61,599 bases of DNA, filler included, from Chiloscyllium plagiosum (GCF_004010195.1; 5 parts of one record of this genome joined end to end with filler, not necessarily neighbours in it), one strand, 5' to 3'. Shown: positions 12,749 to 25,439, numbered from the whole stretch's first letter. Numbers and translations: made by a program. The notes: generated from the letters alone by a model not told the origin.

Positions 12749-14021
12749 TTAGTTTAAACGCAGCTGTGTTGCAGTAGCAAACCTGCCTGCCAGAATGCTG
12801 GTCCACAACCTCTTAAGGTGCAAACCGTCTCTTTTGTATAGTTTATGCTTACCACAAAACTTACCCCAGTGATCCAGGAATTTAAATCCTTGCTTCCTGC
12901 ACCAGTTCCCCAGCTACACATTCAAGTCCCTTATCTCCCTGTTCCTGGCTTCAACAGACCGAGGAACTGGAAGCAAACCGGAGATAACCACTCTGGACGT
13001 CCTGCTTTTCAGTCTTCTTCCTAGTTCTCCAAAGTCCCGCTGTAGTATGTTCCTCCTCTTCTTCCCGACATCATTTGTGCCGACATGTACCACCACCTCT
13101 GGCTCTTCACCTTCGCCCTTGAGGATTTCCTGCACTTTGCGATGTCCTTAATCCTGGCACCAGGAAGGCAATACACCATCCTTAAATCCCACCTATTGCC
13201 ACAGAAACCCCGTTCAGTTCTTCTCACTATGGAGTCCCCTATCACTACGGCTCTGTGCGATGTCCAACGCTTCCGCTCTGCCACCACGCCAACTTTTGAT
13301 TGACAGACCTGGCCGCCTCGCGGATTGGCAATGTCGTCTGTCTCTACTGTTTTCAAAAGATTCAACTTGTTCCTGACAAGTACTTGCCCCGCGGTCTCTT
13401 GCACCTGTCTCCTTTCTGCCTTCCTCATCGTCTTCTCTCTTCTGCTCTCTTCAGGTATAGTCGGTGTAATAACCTCGCTGAAGGTCCTGTCCAGAAAGAT
13501 CTGGACGGTTTGAGTGGCACGGTGGCACAGTGGTTAGCACTGCTGCCTCACAGCGCCAGAGACCCGGGTTCAATTCCCGCCTCAGGTGACTGACTGTGTG
13601 GAGTTTGCATGTACTCCCCGTGTCTGCGTGGGTTTCCTCCGGGTGCTCCAGTTTCCTCCCACAGTCCAAAGATGTGCAGGTTAGGTGAATTGGCCATGCT
13701 AAATTGCCCGTAGTGTTAGGTAAGGGGTAAATGTAGGGTTATGGGTGGGTTGCGCTTCGGCGGGTCAGTGTGGACCTGTTGGGCCAAAGGGCCTGTTTCC
13801 ACACTGTAATGTAATCTAAAAATCTAATCTAAATGTAATCTAATCTAAATCTCGTTCTCTCGGATGAGCCTAAGGTCCTCGAGTTCTTTCTTCAGTGCTG
13901 CGATATGCTCTGTCAGTAGCTGAACATGCACACACTTTCCACAGATATACAAGCCAGATACACCAGAGTCGTTGACCCCCCACATCATGCACGTAGCACA
14001 TTGAACCAGCTGGGCAGTCAT
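12749..14021 (-). pseudogene. CR1 ORF1 (CxxC..CxxC finger, coiled coil, SGNH esterase), frameshifted and SINE-interrupted
   Basis: ATG at 14021 (MTAQLVQCATC...CGKC), VVIGDSIVR, CLPGARIKD, VVVHVGTND; stop at about 12749. Confidence 0.85.
13503..13848 (+). mobile_element. HE1 V-SINE, young, inserted in CR1 ORF1
   Basis: A-box tggcacagtgg, B-box ggttcaattcc, (TAATC)n tail; CR1 sequence resumes on both sides with an atct overlap. Confidence 0.95.
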
Positions 14022-14204
14022 GTCTTCACCCTCTTCAACTGTGGCGTAATCACTTCACTCAACCTCCTTGTTGAAGACTCCTGAGCTAAAGACTCTCTCT
14101 TCTCTCAACAGGAACTTCCCTGGACTCTCTTTTTGGGGCAAGTCTGTGGACTTTAAAGTTAGGTTAGATTGATACAACACGGTACTGTGCAGTAAGATGT
14201 GAGC

Positions 14205-14312
14205 CTCCTAGACTGTGCAAACTCCACACGGACAGTCACCCAAGGTTGGAATCAAACCCGGGACTCTGGTGCTGTGAGGCAACAGTGCTAACCACTGAGC
14301 CACCGTGCCACC
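14205..14312 (-). mobile_element. HE1 SINE 5' fragment
   Basis: Reverse complement of the tRNA-like head. Confidence 0.85.
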
Positions 14313-14729
14313 CCCCCATTTACTTCTTGCTGATCAAAAAATCTTCTCCTCGACCTTCCTGTTGCCACATGTTTCCACTATGTTGCAAGAGGCACAGGGT
14401 CACTTGTTCACTTATGAAAGGTCTTTGACCGATCCAATTCAAAGTCACAACTTGCAGCATCTGCTGAAGGAAAGATGCACACACTTTCTCTTCTTTGGGT
14501 TTAAAGTGGCTTCCTGCAGAGAAATGAATGAGAGAGATTTTCTGGCTGTTGCAGACCTGATAGACAGAAATTTATTGTTATTTGTATTTGTGAAAATACA
14601 GTAAAATGTGTTTAAGTCACCACAACAAACAGCACCACTTAATTGCATCAATTATATTTATATTAAAAATATGAAAAGGGTGCGACAAATATTTCTTATT
14701 CATGCCATGGCCTCTTAGATTCATGTACC

Positions 14730-15115
14730 AGCCATTGCTGAAGACCAGAGCCTTCTCCTACTTCTGAGGACTGGGTCCTGTCCAACTGTTGAGGATCACA
14801 CGTGTCTCAAAACTGCTGTGAACCCCCGGGCCGTCTCAAAACTGCCGAGAACCCCCTGGGTCCTCTCAAAACTGCCGAAAACCCTGGGTCATCTCAAAAC
14901 TGCCAAAAACCCCTGGGTCCTCTCAAAACTGTCAAGGACTGGGCCCCTGTCAAAATTCTCTGGACTGAGGGACTGTCAAAACTGAGGGTCTGTTGAAACT
15001 GTCGAAGCCCAAGGGTCTGTCAAAACTGTCTGGACCGAGGGTCTGTCAAAATGGTTGAGGACCATGGGCCTGTTGAAACTACTGAGGACAGGGGCTGTCC
15101 AATCAAAACTGCTGC
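14730..15115. repeat. Minisatellite with a unit of about 30 bp
   Basis: ctcaaaactgccgagaaccccctgggtcct repeated about 5 times (14805-14935), followed by degenerate ctgtcaaaact-type units. Confidence 0.85.
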
Positions 15116-16100
15116 ACCTCGGCATCTGTCTGACTTTCCTAGCCTTGAAGAAGCCTGTGTGAAGGTGACAGACCATGAGGTGAGAACACACGTGTCCATG
15201 GATTACTCCCATAGAACTGACAAGCGGGGAGATGTTCAACTCCTTTTGTTGTCCTCAACCAATGCATCAGTGCACCATGATCAGGCCTTTCCTTCATTCA
15301 CAGCTTCACCTCCCCGCCCCCACAGCTCTGCTCAATACACAACCCTTCATTCACCTATGACCTGAGCACCCATACCTCCCGCAGGTTTCCTGCTCCCTCC
15401 TTTGTTCCATAAAGCTCGGGAAAGACATCCGGTGACCTCTGGCACAACTGTATAAAGCTAACTCAGAAATGTCACATTCAAACGACTGAGTTGGCTACCA
15501 TGAAATTCTGGAGCACTGCCAGCTTTACCTTGGAGTGAGGTTCTCATTGTAACAAATACAAACCTGCCAGCTGGTATACATTGCTGAGTTCACCTCCACA
15601 TCTCAACCTGATGCTGGCAACTCCAAATTTCAGGACAGACCTGGTTCAGAGACTCTGTTTGCCACCTTTTCCATGGTTCATAAAATCTCACCCCGTTTTC
15701 TCAATGATTGATACATTGCAGGTAAATATGAAGGTTAGTTGTAGAATCACAAGATCACAGAATTGTAAAGCCACTCAAGATGCCATTCAACTCCATGTAT
15801 TGCTTCGAAAGCTCTCTGATTAGTCCCACACCTTCTTTCCCCGACCAGCTCCATGTTTATCTTCCCTTTTGAAGTATTTATCTGACTGTAGTTTCAAACT
15901 TCCACCCTGGGATTTTCTTGGTATTGCTTGCCTAATTGTAAACAAACTCTTTATGTTTCTGTGTGATAACTTGTTGAAAGTAAAAATCAACACATTCATC
16001 TCCTCGGGCTTTTGGCAGAGATTGTTTCCTTAAATGCAAATCATCTGTACATGACGAATCGAAGAATTATAAATATCCCAGGTGCCAAATCTGTGAGTTG

Positions 16101-16983
16101 TGTTATAAAATGATGGTTAATTCCCTCTTTGAGAACAAAAGCCAAAACACCCACAGAGGACCTCCTCTCCCTATAATCTGTAAAAGGAATGTGAAACGTG
16201 ATGTAACTTGCTTTCCACAATATGTAGTGGTCAGATGAAATAAATCCCTGACACTCACTTTAAAATTAACAAGTAAGAATTCATTGATATAATTCTAACA
16301 GTGAACATTATCTAAACTATTAGTAAACCGAATAAATCCCTTCTAACTACCTACTATTCCCGAATAAAACAAGACTCTAATAGTATGCTGTTCCAATAAA
16401 TTAAATCCCACTCATATAACAAAAAATTGGAACTTAGTCTCTCAAAATTACAGCCAGGTTACGTGTCTTCTGGAATGTTCTGTGCCTTCTTCTGTTAAGT
16501 TTTCTATTGGGAACACTTCCCCCGATTCTTCTGTCAGGAATTTAGATGGTTCTTCCTCTAATACATAGCTGACTGTCAGAGCCAGTTTCTTTCTCTGAGG
16601 ACTCAGCTCTGGGTGACGACAGTTAGCTCTGTCCAACTGCCCCTTTCTTTGATACCTATTCGGACATATCAATTTCTTATAATAGAATTGGTCCTATGTT
16701 GTCAAGAACCATCAGATTAAAATTTGATAGGTCTTTGCTAGCTAAGTGCTTGGTTTAAATTGATTGGCTAAATTTAAAATCTGTTGTCTTGGTAAAAACT
16801 GTTGCTTGGCTTTTCGATACACAATGTTTCAATTCAAGTGCTCTCTGATCCTGCAAACTTCAAAGCTGCTATTCACAGACATCCTTATCTCAATCTCTAA
16901 GCACAGTTAAAAACACCATATTTAAAAGGAACCACTCAATACTTTCCCCATTTTAGAATTTTACACACACCAACTTCACAACA
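16101..16983 (-). mobile_element. Probable solo LTR (Gypsy-type)
   Basis: TGTT...AACA termini, near-TSD gttg/attg, about 880 bp non-coding with LTR-like composition; no PPT or clear PBS next to it. Confidence 0.5.
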
Positions 16984-17214
16984 ATTGGCACCAGCACTTT
17001 AAACATCTCAAGCGATTAACGAAACCAAAATAAAAAAGAATCTGCAAATAGAATTGATCTTTAACATATTTCTTATGCAAATGTTGTTATGTTGCTGAAC
17101 AAACATCTACTCACAAGTTTCAGGTTTCACTGGCTACGCCAACATTTAATGCCCATCCCCAGTTCTCCAGAGGCAAGTTAAGACTTTTCAAGGCTCTGTA
17201 AGCACAAGTTAAGT

Positions 17215-18015
17215 AAGCAAGTGTGAGGTTATCGATTTTGGACCTGGAAAAGATATATCAGGATACTTTTTAGGTGGCAGCACGTTAAATACAGTGGATG
17301 TCAAAGGAAAATTGACTGTTCAGGTGCATAGATCTTTAAAATGTCACAAACAGGTACAGAAAAGAATCAAGAAAGCTAATGGAACGCTGGTCTTTATATC
17401 TAGAGGATTGGAATACAAGGATGCAGAAGTTATACTGCAATTATACAAAACCCAGTTAGGCCCCACTTGGAATACTGTGGACAGGTCTGTGTACCACACC
17501 TGAGGAAGGATATATTAGCCTTATGAGAGAGTACAATGTAGATTTACAAGAATGATACTTGGATGTTAGGGGTTAAGTTATGATGAAAAATGATAGAATT
17601 GTACATGCTTTTTTTCTCTGTGAATGTGCAAAGGCGAAATGAAACCTTCAAGATTTTAACAGGAAATGACAGGGCATGTAAAGATAAACTATTTCCACTG
17701 ATTGGGGATTCTAGAACAAGGGGGCATAGTCAGAGAATCCGGGCCAGACCTTACAGGAGAGATGTTAGGAAGCACTTCCACACACACGAAGGGTGATAGA
17801 TGTTTGGAACTCTCTTTCACAAAGAGCCGTTGATACTGGATCAGCTGTTAATTTTAACTTTAAGATAGATGAATACCTTTGTTAGGCAGAGGTATTAAGG
17901 GATGCGAGCCAAAGGCAAGTGTATGAGTTGGGAGACAGTTCGGCCATGATCTCACTGAAGAGTGACACAGCCTCGAGGGATCGAATAACCTAACGCTGTT
18001 TCTGTGTTCCTATAT
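17215..18015 (+). mobile_element. CR1 LINE 3' fragment (old)
   Basis: VQVHRSLK, SRGLEYK, SRTRGHS peptides. Confidence 0.8.
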
Positions 18016-18094
18016 GTTAACTACACTGTTGTAAGTCTGGAGTCACATGCAGACCAGAGCAGGTAAGGACATTAGATTTCCTTACCTCAAGGAC

Positions 18095-19558
18095 ATAAGA
18101 CCATAAGGCATAGGAGCAGAAGTCGGCCATTCAGCCCGTCAAGTCTGATCTGCCATTCAATGACATCATGGCTGACCTGATAATCCTCAACTCTACTTTC
18201 TATTTGCTTTTTCCCATAACCCTTCATCCCCCTGCTACATCAGTCTTGATATTCTTAGTAATCCAAACTCAGCAGCCGTTGGTGGTAAAGAATTCCACAG
18301 ATTCATGACTTTCTGAGAGAAACAAAAAAATCTTCCTCATCTTTGTCTTGAATGTGTGACACCCTGTGACCACAACAGGAGGCAGAGACAGGAAATTATA
18401 GGCTGGTTATCCTGACTGCTATGGTTAGCAAGCTTTTAGAGTCCAATGTGATAGAATCATAGAATGTTACACTACAGAGTGAGGCCATTCCACCTATCAT
18501 GTCTGTGCCGGCTCATGGAAGATCTACTCAGCCAGTCCCACTCTCCAGCCCTATCTCCATGGCCCTCTAACATCCTCACTTTCACATACAAAGCCGGTTC
18601 TCTTTTGAATCCACTTCCAACACTCTCCCAGGCAGCACGTTTCAGATCCGAACAACTCTCTGTGTAAAGTAGTTTTTCCTCATCTCACTCCTAGCTCTGT
18701 TGCTGACAATCTTGAAATTGTGGTTAGTAGTTACTGACATACCAATTAATGGGAACAGTATGTCAAAATTGTTCAGAATTTTGAACACCTCAATAAAGTC
18801 GGCCCATAACCTTTGCTTCCAGGAGAATAAGCCCAATTCCTTTGTATCTAAAAGTTCTCATTCCTGGTAACATTCTAGTAAATCTCCCCTACACTGAGTC
18901 CAGGGCTTTAACTTCCTTCCTTAACTAAGGTGCCCAAACAATTTCAACTTGTCTGGTCACCTTCAGAGAATTATACACGTGAACTCTGAAGTCCCTCTGC
19001 TCCTGTACTCCTCTCAGAGTTGTCCCATTGAGGCCTGTATTGTCTCCACGTTTCTTCAACCAAAATACATTACCTCACATTTCTCTGCATTGCGATTCAT
19101 CTGCAAGGTGTCTGCCCATTTGACCAACTAGTCAATGTCCCTGTGAGGTTACTCAGCATTATCCTCACAATTCATTATTCTCCCTAGCTTAGTATCATCT
19201 GCAAATTTAGTGATTTTGCCCTCAACACCCAAATCCAAATTATTATTAATCAGAAAAAGCAAGGGTCCCAATATTGATCTCTGGGGAGTACCACTTTCAA
19301 CTTGTCTCCAATCTGAGAAATGCATCTTTTTTTTATCCACTATTTCCTTTCTTTTAGCCAACTTCTAATCCAAGGACCCATCAATCCCAAACATTTCTAA
19401 TTTGCCAGCTTGCCATGTGGACCCACAACAAATGTTTTCTGAAATTCCAAATGTACAACATCCTTAGCACTGCCCTCATTCACTATCTGTGTCACCTCAT
19501 CAAAGAATTCAACTAAGTTTCTCAGACACGATGTACCCTTGACAAAGACAGGTTGACT
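18095..19558 (-). mobile_element. Two or more decayed CR1 fragments
   Basis: GTPQRSILGPLLF, KFADDTKLG, KNYFTQRVV on the minus strand. Confidence 0.8.
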
Positions 19559-19559
19559 T

Positions 19560-20385
19560 GGAAACAGTGTGGACTGCAGATACCAGAAAGTCAGAGTGGA
19601 TAAAGAGCGGAGCTGGAAAAAGCACAGCAGGTCAAGCAGCAACAAAGGATAAGGGGCATCAATATTTCAGGTCAGAACCTTTCATCAGGACTGGGGAGGG
19701 GAAAGGGGGTTGGGAAACAAATAGAGGGAGGGGAGCTGGTTTGGATGGCGAATAGGTGGATGCATGTAGGAGGTGATTGTGATTGGTCAGTTGGAAGGGT
19801 GAAGCGGATTTGTGGGAGGGAAGGTGGACAGTTTAGGTCAGGTCGGGGAGACAAGCAGAGGGAGGGCTGGACCTGGGACGGGGTTGGGCAGGGGGAGATT
19901 TGAAAGCCGGTGAAATTTGTGTGAAGGCCTTATGGTTTTCAGCTGCCAAAGTGGAAGATGCGGTGTTCTTCCTCCAGTTTGTGTGTGGCCTTATTTTGAC
20001 GGTGGAGGAGGCCAAGATGGACATGTCATCAGGGGAGTGGGAGGGGGAGTGAAATAGTTGGCAACTGGAAGGTGGAGTGTACGGACCAGAGATGTTCCCT
20101 GAACCGGTCTCTGAGTTTGCGCTCGGTCTCTCTGATGTAGAGGAGACTACATCAGGAGCAACGGATGCAGTGAATGAGGTTGAAGGAAATGCTGATGAAT
20201 CTCTGCTGGGTTTGGAATGATTCTCTGGGGGACAGGTTGGTGGGAAGTGTGGACCTAACAAGGGAATCACGGAGGGAACAGTCCCTGTGGAAAGCAGATA
20301 GGGATGCGGAAAGAAATATAATTTTGATGGTGGGGCAGGACTGCAGGTGATGGAAATGGCAGAGGATGATGCACTGGATTTGGAA
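19560..20385 (-). mobile_element. Penelope-like element 3' part (GIY-YIG remnant plus pLTR)
   Basis: Minus strand about 20090-20175 reads HCIRCS*CSLLYIRETERKLRDRFREHL; the pLTR with hammerhead motif is at the left end. Confidence 0.85.
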
Positions 20386-20389
20386 ATTA

Positions 20390-22688
20390 ACAGTGTGAAA
20401 TTATGAGGTCCACAACTTGCAATCCCCACCAACCCCTCATCCACACCTGGCAACCCTCCAGAATATTCTTTGCCTCCTTTTTGGAGTAAACATCCACATA
20501 AGTATGTTTTATCATCTTGTCTTGCTGTTGCAAGTCTCTTAGCCTTTCAGGACCAAAAAGTTCTGTCTGACCCTCTGCTTGTTCAGGTTTTTCCTGCACC
20601 ATTACGTCAAACAGGGCGTCTGCTAACTGAACCTTAACTCCTTCATTAGATTAGATTAGATTACTTACAGTGTGGAAACAGGCCCTTCGGCCCAACAAGT
20701 CCACACCGCCCCGCCGAAGCGCAACCCACCCATACCCCTACATTTACCCCTTACCTAACACTACGGGTAATTTAGCATGGCCAATTCACCTGACCTGCAC
20801 ATCTTTGGACTGTGGGAGGAAACCGGAGCACCCGGAGGAAACCCACGCAGACACAGGGAGAACGTGCAAACTCCACACAGTCAGTCGCCTGAGGCGGGAA
20901 TTGAACCCGGGTCTCTGGCGCTGTGAGGCAGCAGTGCTAACCACTGTGCCACCGTGGCGCCCATCTTTGTCTTTACCTTTCATTTTGTGCTGTGACTTAT
21001 AATAGTGAGATCTGGTTACCACACAGACTGAGAAATACCAGGATATTTCTGTTTTAACTCCTAAGTTTCTTGGTCTTCCTTGAGCTTCTCCACAACAAAG
21101 GGTATCACTCCCATCTAGATCCTGCCAAACTGACACTCTGTCAATCAGTCCCACTGTAACTTCCCCAGTCTTGTGTTGGCACTCCAACCTGATCTTACAT
21201 GGGTGAACACTAAATTTCTGTCCATCTATCCCATAAATTACCACGCTCTTGGTAACAGATCAGAAAGAGTGCATACTCGCTCATCCCTTACTATCAGCCA
21301 CTGGTTAGATCCTGTATCTCTCAAAATTATAACTTCTTATCCTTCTCCCCCTGTTCTTTCTGAGTAAACTTTACCTACAGTGGCGAATTCTTTGTAGAGA
21401 TCAGGTACTAACTCCATACCCAGCCCCTGCCTAGGCTGCGCACTCTCCTACAGCTCCTCGGCTCTTCTTGGGGTCTCCTGTACTACCTTCACTAATGCTA
21501 CTGACTTTGCACCTTTTACCATATCTTTTCCCACAGTGCCTTTCTTTAATAACCAGCACTGAGACTTTACGTGCCCCACTTTACCACAGTGGAAACTCCT
21601 GAGGCCTTTCATCTCCTTTCCACCCTCTTGGGCTTCTTTTTCATCCTGTGGTAACATTTTACCAGTGCTCTCTCTGCTCTTAGTTTTGTAGTGGAGGATC
21701 TCCCATTCTCCTAACTTCTATCCCTCACAGAATAATTTCTGGTTGGAAGCTTGTCTTATGCACCAACATGTACTCATCTGCTAATTCTGCTGCCCTTCTC
21801 ACTTCCTGAACTTTCTGTTCCTCCACGTTAATTCTTACTATCTCTGGAAGTGAGCTTTTAAACTCTTCCAGCAGAAAACTCTCTCTTAGAGACTCAAAGG
21901 TCTCTATTTTCAAAGCACGTACCCATTAATCAAAATAACCATGTTTAAATCTTTTGAACTCAACATGACCTTTTCCTTCTTTGTATTTCTGAACCACTAT
22001 CTTTATGCTTGTAGTACCAATTCATAAGCATTTAAAATGGCCTGTTTAACCTCTTTGTAATCTCTTGACACCTCAACTGACAACACGGCAAATACCTCAC
22101 TAGTTTTCCCACCAGTTTAGTCTGAACTAGCGTTACCCATAAATCCTTGGTCCGCTCCATCTGCCGAGCCAATTTTTCAAATGAAATAAAGAAGGCTTCA
22201 ACATCTTTCTAATTAAAATGTGGCAGAGTTTTGACATATTTAAATGTATCACTACCTTCTCTTTTAATCTCCATCCTGTTGACTTGATTTTACTGACGAA
22301 GCCGCAACTTCTCAAGTTCAAATTCTCTCTCTCTTTCTCTCTTTCTCTCTCCCTTTCTTCTCTCTCTATTTGCTCAGCTCAGAACCTTATCTCTCTCTCT
22401 CTTTTTCCTCTGTCTCTCACTCTTCTCTCTCTCTCTTTCTTCCCTCTCTCTTTCTCTTTCTCTCTCCCTTTGTTTATTTTCTAACTCCATTTTTCACCTT
22501 TATTGCAATTGCCTGTTTCTCTGACACACCTAAGTATTTCAGTAACTCCCTTACAATTTCAGCTTTACTTTTGTCCTAACTTAAACCCAAATCTAGCTTA
22601 TTTTCTCATTCTAAAAGTATGGCCTTTTTCTTTCCTCTAAACTTTCTTAGCAAATATAAGGGTCATCTTCAAATCCCAGAATCCCAAT
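20390..22688 (-). mobile_element. Gmr1-like Gypsy LTR retrotransposon remnant (SCAN-like gag, CCHC knuckle, protease)
   Basis: FESLRESFLLEEFKSSLP...AAELADEY, FHCGKVGHVKSQC, ILRDTGS (about 21300-21330); multiple stops and frameshifts. Confidence 0.8.
20647..20961 (-). mobile_element. HE1 V-SINE, young, nested in the Gypsy remnant
   Basis: Near identical to the reverse complement of 13503-13848; (GATTA)n tail. Confidence 0.95.
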
Positions 22689-23476
22689 GTGGAGGAATGG
22701 GATTGTGGGAGATATGGCAGTTTGGATTAGTAATTGACTTGCTGAAAGAAGACAGAGGGTGGTGGTTGATGGGAAATGTTCATCCTGGAGTCTAGTTACT
22801 AGTGGTGTACCGCAAGGGTCGGTGTTGGGTCCACTGCTGTTCGTCATTTTTATAAACGACCTGGATAAGGGTGTAGAAGGGTGGGTTAGTAAATTTGCAG
22901 ACGACAGGTCGGTGGAGTTGTGGATAGTGACGAAGGATGTTGTAGGTTACAGAGAGACACTGTGCATGGGTGGCACGGTGGTTAGCACTGTTGCCTCACA
23001 GCGCCAGAGACCTGGGTTCAACTCCCGCCTCAGGCGACTCTGTGTGGAGTTTGCACATTCTCCCCGTGTCTGCGTGGGTTTCCTCCAGGTGCTCCGGTTT
23101 CCTCCCGCAATTAAAAAATGTGCAGGTTAGGTGAATTGGCCATGCTAAATTGTCCATAGTGTTAGGTGAAGGGGTAAATGTACGGGAATGGGTCTCGGTG
23201 GGTGCGCTTCAGCGGGTCGGTGTGGACTTGTTGGGCCAAAGGGCCTGTTTCCACGTTGTAAGGAATCTAATAAAGATAAGCCTGCAGAGCTGGCTGAGAG
23301 GTGACAAATGGAGTTTAACGTGGACAAGTGTGAGGTGATTCACTTTGGTTGGAGTAACTGGAATGCAAAGTACTGGGCTAATGGTAAGATTTTTCATAGT
23401 GTAGATGAGCAGAGAGAACTCGGCATCCATGTACACAGATCCTTGAAAGTTACCACCCAGGTTGACAGGGTTGTTA
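22689..23476 (+). mobile_element. CR1 RT fragment with a nested HE1 SINE (about 22968-23270, +)
   Basis: [28 protein letters not shown]1 head ggcacggtggttagcactg. Confidence 0.9.
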
Positions 23477-23743
23477 AGACACAGCAGGCAAGGCAGCAAC
23501 CGATGAGCAGAAGAATTGACGTTTCAGGCATAAGCCCTTCTTCAGGAATGAGGCTGGTGTGCCAAGCGGGCTGAGATAAAAGGTATGGGGAGAGGGAATT
23601 TGGGGGAGGTGCACTGGGAATACGATAGGTGGAAAGAGGTGAGGGTGAGGGTGATAGGCCGGAGAAGGGGTGGGGGCGGAGAGGTCAGGAAGAAGATTGC
23701 AGGTCAAGAGGGCGGTGCTGAATCTGAGGGTTGGGACTGAGAT
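23477..23743 (-). mobile_element. Penelope-like pLTR fragment (family A), runs into the gap
   Basis: gacgtttcaggcataagcccttcttcaggaatgag followed by a G-rich body. Confidence 0.8.
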
Positions 23744-23843
23744 NNNNNNNNNNNNNNNNNNNNNNNNNNNNNNNNNNNNNNNNNNNNTTAATTAATTAAN
23801 NNNNNNNNNNNNNNNNNNNNNNNNNNNNNNNNNNNNNNNNNNN
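23744..23843. other. Assembly gap with TTAATTAATTAA linker
   Basis: Same 100-bp pattern as 11605. Confidence 0.97.
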
Positions 23844-25159
23844 ATTCCATACATGTACCATCCTCTGCATGAAAAAGTTGCCCCTTAGGTCTCTTTTATA
23901 TCTTTCCCCTCTCACCCTAAATCTATGCCCTCTAGATCTGGACTCCCCAACCCCAGGGAAAAGACTTTGTCTATTTATCGAATCCATGCCCCTCATAATT
24001 TTGTAAACCTCTGTAAGGTCACCCTTCAGCCTCCGATGCTCCAGGGAAAACAGCCCCAGCCTGTTCAGCCTCAGCCTCAGATCCTCCAACCCTGGCAACA
24101 TCCTTGTAAATCTTTTCTGTACCCTCTCAAGTTTCACAACATCTATCCGATAGGAAGGAGACCAGAATTGCATGCAATATTCCAACAGTGGCCTAACCAA
24201 TGTCCTGTACAGCTGCAACATGACCTCCCAACTCCTGTACTCAATACTCTGACCAATAAAGGAAAGCATACCAAACGCCTTCTTCACTATCCTATCTACC
24301 TGCGACTCCACTTTCAAGGAGCTATGAACCTGCACTCCAAGGTCTCTTTGTTCAGCAACACTCCCGAGGACCTTACCATTAAGTGTATAAGTCCTGCTAA
24401 GATTTGTTTTCCCAAAATGCAGCACCTCGCATTTATTCTGAATTAAACTCCATCTGCCACTTCTCAGCCCATTGGTCCAGATCCTGTTGTAATCTCAGGT
24501 AACCCTCTTCACTGTCCAATTTTGATATCATCTGCAAACTTACTAACTGTACCTCCTTATGCTTGCGTCCAAATCATTTATGTAAATGACAAAACGTAGA
24601 GGGCCCAGCACCGATCCTTGTGGCACTCCACTGGCTACAAGCCTCCAGTCTGAAAAACAACCTTCCACCACCACCCTCTTCTACCTTTTGAGCCAGTTCT
24701 GTCTCCAAATGCTAGTTCTTCTTGTATTCCATGAGATCTAATCTTGCTAATCAGTCTCCCATGGGGAACCTTGTCGAACGCCTTACTGAAGTCCATATAG
24801 ATCACATCTACTGCTCTGCCCTCATCAATCTTCTTTGTTACTTATTCAAAACACTCAATCAAGTTTGTGAGACATGATTTCCCACGCACAAAGCCATGTT
24901 GACTATCCCGAATCAGTCCTTGCCTTTCCAAATACATGTACGTCCTGTCCCTCAGGATTCCCTCCAACAACTTGCCCACCACCGAGGTCAGGCTCACCGG
25001 TCTATAGTTCCCTGGCTTGTCTTTACCGCCCTTCTTAAACAGTGGCACCACTTTTGCCAACTTCCAGTCTTCTGGCACCTCACCTGTGACTGTCGATGAT
25101 ACAAATATCTCAGTAAGAGACCTAGCAATAACTTCTCTAGCTTCCCACAGAGTTCTCGG
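23844..25159 (-). mobile_element. CR1/HER1 LINE ORF2 RT region
   Basis: PEDWK.A.VVPLFKKG.KDKPGNYRPVSLTS, QHGFVRGKSCLTN, LVRPLLEYC, ERVQKRFTRM. Confidence 0.95.
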
Positions 25160-25370
25160 ATGCTCTCTCCCCCTGCCCTCTTCTCCCACTATCTTTTTTC
25201 TCTTTTGCTTCTCTGCTTTCTTTTTTACTCTCGTTATCCTCTTCTCTTTTCTCACCCTCCTCTCTTTCATCGCTTTTTCGCTCCCTCTTTCCTGTCTTTT
25301 TTTTTCTGTCTCTCTCCTCGGTTTTTCACTCTCTCTCTCGTACGCCCTCTCCTCTCTTTTCCCCTACAGT
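25160..25370. repeat. CT-rich low-complexity tract
   Basis: About 200 bp of almost pure pyrimidine. Confidence 0.9.
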
Positions 25371-25439
25371 ATCTCCAAAGGCCCATTTCATTGCTGGAGT
25401 GGTGCTTGAACCCACAGCCTTTTGCCCCTGGAGACTGCA

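Larger units (their letters stand above)
11281..14160 (-). mobile_element. Near full-length CR1 LINE (ORF1, endonuclease, gap, 3' end)
   Basis: ORF1 Zn-finger and SGNH esterase, ORF2 APE motifs (NAQSIRNK, GITETW, GVIYRPPN, LDLVL, GSDH), and the 3' end at 11281-11604 across the gap. Confidence 0.9.

Noticed and set aside
13515..13580. tRNA-like A/B boxes in HE1 heads
   Set aside because: They are SINE heads continuing into SINE bodies; no complete cloverleaf, so no tRNA gene was called
14805..14935. Regular repeats suggestive of a CRISPR array
   Set aside because: Eukaryotic context, no unique spacers, no cas genes
19833..20453. 206-aa minus-strand ORF
   Set aside because: An off-frame read across decayed Penelope and Gypsy sequence, not a host gene
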